NCBI GenBank assembly: GCA_963693365.1 | Contig: CAVNZM010000010.1 | Location: forward strand, 2,666,001-2,730,000 | Source: Amoebidium appalachense | Lineage: Eukaryota > Protista > Ichthyosporea | Direction of reading: 5' to 3' | DNA: 64,000 bases | In this document: in pieces, positions 61,709 to 64,000 of the stretch | Position numbering within the stretch: position 1 is the stretch's first letter | Layout: each line of letters opens with the position of its first letter | Translations under genes and position numbers: made by a program | The notes under the pieces: generated by a model | What the model saw: only the letters and a program-made list of their open reading frames with translations | What the model was told of the DNA's origin: nothing | Databases searched by the model: none

Positions 61709-62274
61709 AAATGTGTCCGTACAGGTGTGCGCTTGTGAACGTGCAGGGGTGCACGCATGTCCGTGTGCGCGTGTGTCTTTGTGTGTGTTTGTGTGTGTGG
61801 GTGCGTGCGTGCGCTTTTGCCCGTACGTCTTGGTGTGTGCTTTTGTGCGTTAATGTATGTGCGTGTGTGCGTGTGTTTGTGCCTGCATGAATTTGTTCGT
61901 CGCACGTGCATCCGTGAATGTGCGTGTGCGTGTCCGTGAGCGTGTGCATGTGTGGGTCTGTACGTGCGTGCGTGTGCGTATGTGTGTGGGTGCGCGCGTG
62001 CGTGTCTGTGTGTGCGTGTGCGTGTGTGTGCCTGTGCGCCCACCTTGTTCTTGTAGTGGTTGCCCAGCAGCCTCTCCAGGGCCTTTAGTTCAGCCTCTGC
62101 CTGTGCCACCAGCCTGACTGCGTCCTGGCCCTGTGTGTCACTTGCAAGGGCCCTGTAAGCCTCGGGCAGTCTCTGCTGCACGTGCTGGCCCAGGTCACGG
62201 TTGCGCCGCGCTGCGTCCACGGGCCAGCGCTCAGCAACCTGCAGCAGCTGCCGGTACAGCCCAACCCCACTCAT
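60408..62274 (-). CDS. UQCC2: Ubiquinol-cytochrome c reductase complex assembly factor 2; exons 62274-62044 and 60572-60408
   Basis: [23 protein letters not shown]...[12 protein letters not shown]|YPRVRD...YGRVLS matches the UQCC2 pattern YRRFL..EEWPVD..KRGRDLG...NYYKHKYPRPRD; GT-AG phase-0 intron. Confidence 0.88.
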
Positions 62275-62504
62275 GCTGTCACGAACCCGCTAGAAAAACG
62301 CCCGTACCAGTGCGGTAATGTTTTTGCTTGCCTGTGAGCTCCGCCTACTAAACACTCAAGAGCTCTTGTGCTTTTTTCAGGCGCTGGCAGTGCATGACGG
62401 ATGCATGGCACCTCGGTCATGTCGCATATGTGCCAGTAGCGAAGACTGCTAGTATCGAGTGGGTGCGCAGTGGGCCAATGGCAGGGTGCGCGGGCCAATG
62501 CATT

Positions 62505-62564
62505 AGCGGTCCGGTCTGGACCGCCGGACCGCGGTCCGGACCTTCGCACCGGACCGGACCGTCT
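62505..62564. repeat. Short GGTCC/GGACC inverted-repeat cluster
   Basis: AGCGGTCCGGTCTGGACCG...ACCGGACCGGACCGTCT forms an imperfect hairpin upstream of UQCC2. Confidence 0.55.
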
Positions 62565-62882
62565 CAAGGCCTGCAGACCGGTTTGACCCCGGAGTAACCG
62601 GCTATGACCGTCATCGACATATCGTATATCTCTCTTTTTTGGTTGGGGGAAGACGGAGAGGAGTGTGATGCCATCAATATGACTTTGCACATACACTGCA
62701 TGCCACCCTGCGCATGTCCATGTCACTCTTCATTTTGCTACATGTGTGTATACACAAGGCACTGTGGCACCATCGGCTGCTTTCAGCTTCTTGTTTTGCG
62801 CGTACACAATGTGGTATCGACTGTAAAGTAAGTATTTACGTGCTCTCTGAGACTCGGTTAATTCGAAGCACACAGATATGTT

Positions 62883-62883
<1 letters not shown>

Positions 62884-62960
<77 letters not shown>

Positions 62961-63081
62961 CGTGCGTGCGTGCGTGCGTGCGTGCGTACGTGTGTGCGTG
63001 CGTATGTGCGCGCGCGTGTGTGTGTGTGTGTGTGTGTGTGCACGTGTGTGTGTGTATGTGTATGTGTGTGTGTGTGTGTGA

Positions 63082-63150
<69 letters not shown>

Positions 63151-63343
63151 GTTGTTTTTTTTTTTTGGGGGGGGGGGGGGGGGGGAGGGGGGGGGGGGGA
63201 GGAGGGGGGGCCGGGGGCCGGGGGCCGGGGACACAACTTCTTACTTTGCAAAGACACAGTGTACATGTGGAATATCGACTGCAACTATTTACATGCTCAC
63301 TCAGTGACTTCGAAGCACACATATGATGGTGTGTGTGTGTGTG

Positions 63344-63426
<83 letters not shown>

Positions 63427-63680
63427 TACGTACATGTGTGTGTGTGTGTGTGTGTGTGTGGGCGTGTGTACACATGTACATGTGTGAGCGTATCAGTGTG
63501 CAGTGTACGTGTGTGTGTGTGCACGTGTGTTTGTTTGTGTGTGTTTTGGAGAAAGGGGGGGGCACAGAAGCACAAACACATTCACCATAAGCATGAGTGT
63601 GTTGAGTGTGTGTGTGTGTCGGGGCCCGCGCCGGGGAGGACTCCCGCGCTGAGGGGCCCCGGGGGGGGGGGGGGGGGGGC

Positions 63681-63730
<50 letters not shown>
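62884..63730. repeat. (TG)n microsatellites and poly-G runs (example of a window-wide pattern)
   Basis: Long TG tracts and G-runs of up to about 47 nt; similar tracts occupy most introns in the window. Confidence 0.95.
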
Positions 63731-64000
63731 ATATTATACCGGATATCTAGTATGGATGTACACAGGTTGAGATATACGCACACGTGTACATGTATATATA
63801 CCACTGTGTTTGATCTTAGGTAGGCCAGTATGCATGTCTCCCCCCAGTCTTGTGCGCATGAGCAAGAAGTTAAACATATGTGCACGTGCAGCTTGCAGAA
63901 TTATTCATGGGAAAACAGATATAATAGTCACATGGGACCGACACGTAGTAGAGGAACCATGAGCGTTAAGTTATAGTTTTATCATGGGAAAATATGCAAG

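Overview
Intron-rich eukaryotic DNA. Almost every intron is filled with (CA/TG)n microsatellites and long poly-C/poly-G runs, so most ORFs in the supplied track are low-complexity artefacts. The gene content looks holozoan (TEX2/Nvj2-type PH+SMP protein, prominin, UQCC2), and my inference is a unicellular animal relative such as an ichthyosporean. Host genes I can assemble from exons: a partial minus-strand gene at the left edge (possibly ubinuclein-like), TEX2-like (3960-16958), an intronless secreted trypsin (25893-26978), prominin-like (about 39863-49006), a head-to-head FAD monooxygenase / cytochrome P450 pair, and UQCC2. The region 18-39 kb is rich in mobile elements. Two DDE transposons there each carry their own exonuclease. 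The first is a 3456-bp ISL2EU-like (PIF/Harbinger group) element with exact 17-bp TIRs and a TAT target-site duplication (TSD); it carries a THAP-DDE transposase and, where ISL2EU normally has a YqaJ exonuclease, an Exo1/FEN1/XPG-family nuclease fragment. The second is a six-exon DUF6729-type DDE transposase with a WRN-like 3'-5' exonuclease inserted inside its catalytic core. Also present are a foldback MITE full of palindromic units, a 700-bp MITE hairpin showing CpG decay, and several minisatellites that amplify splice signals, notably 31 perfect in-frame copies of an exon end plus 5' splice site in TEX2. All family assignments come from motif recognition; no database searches were run.
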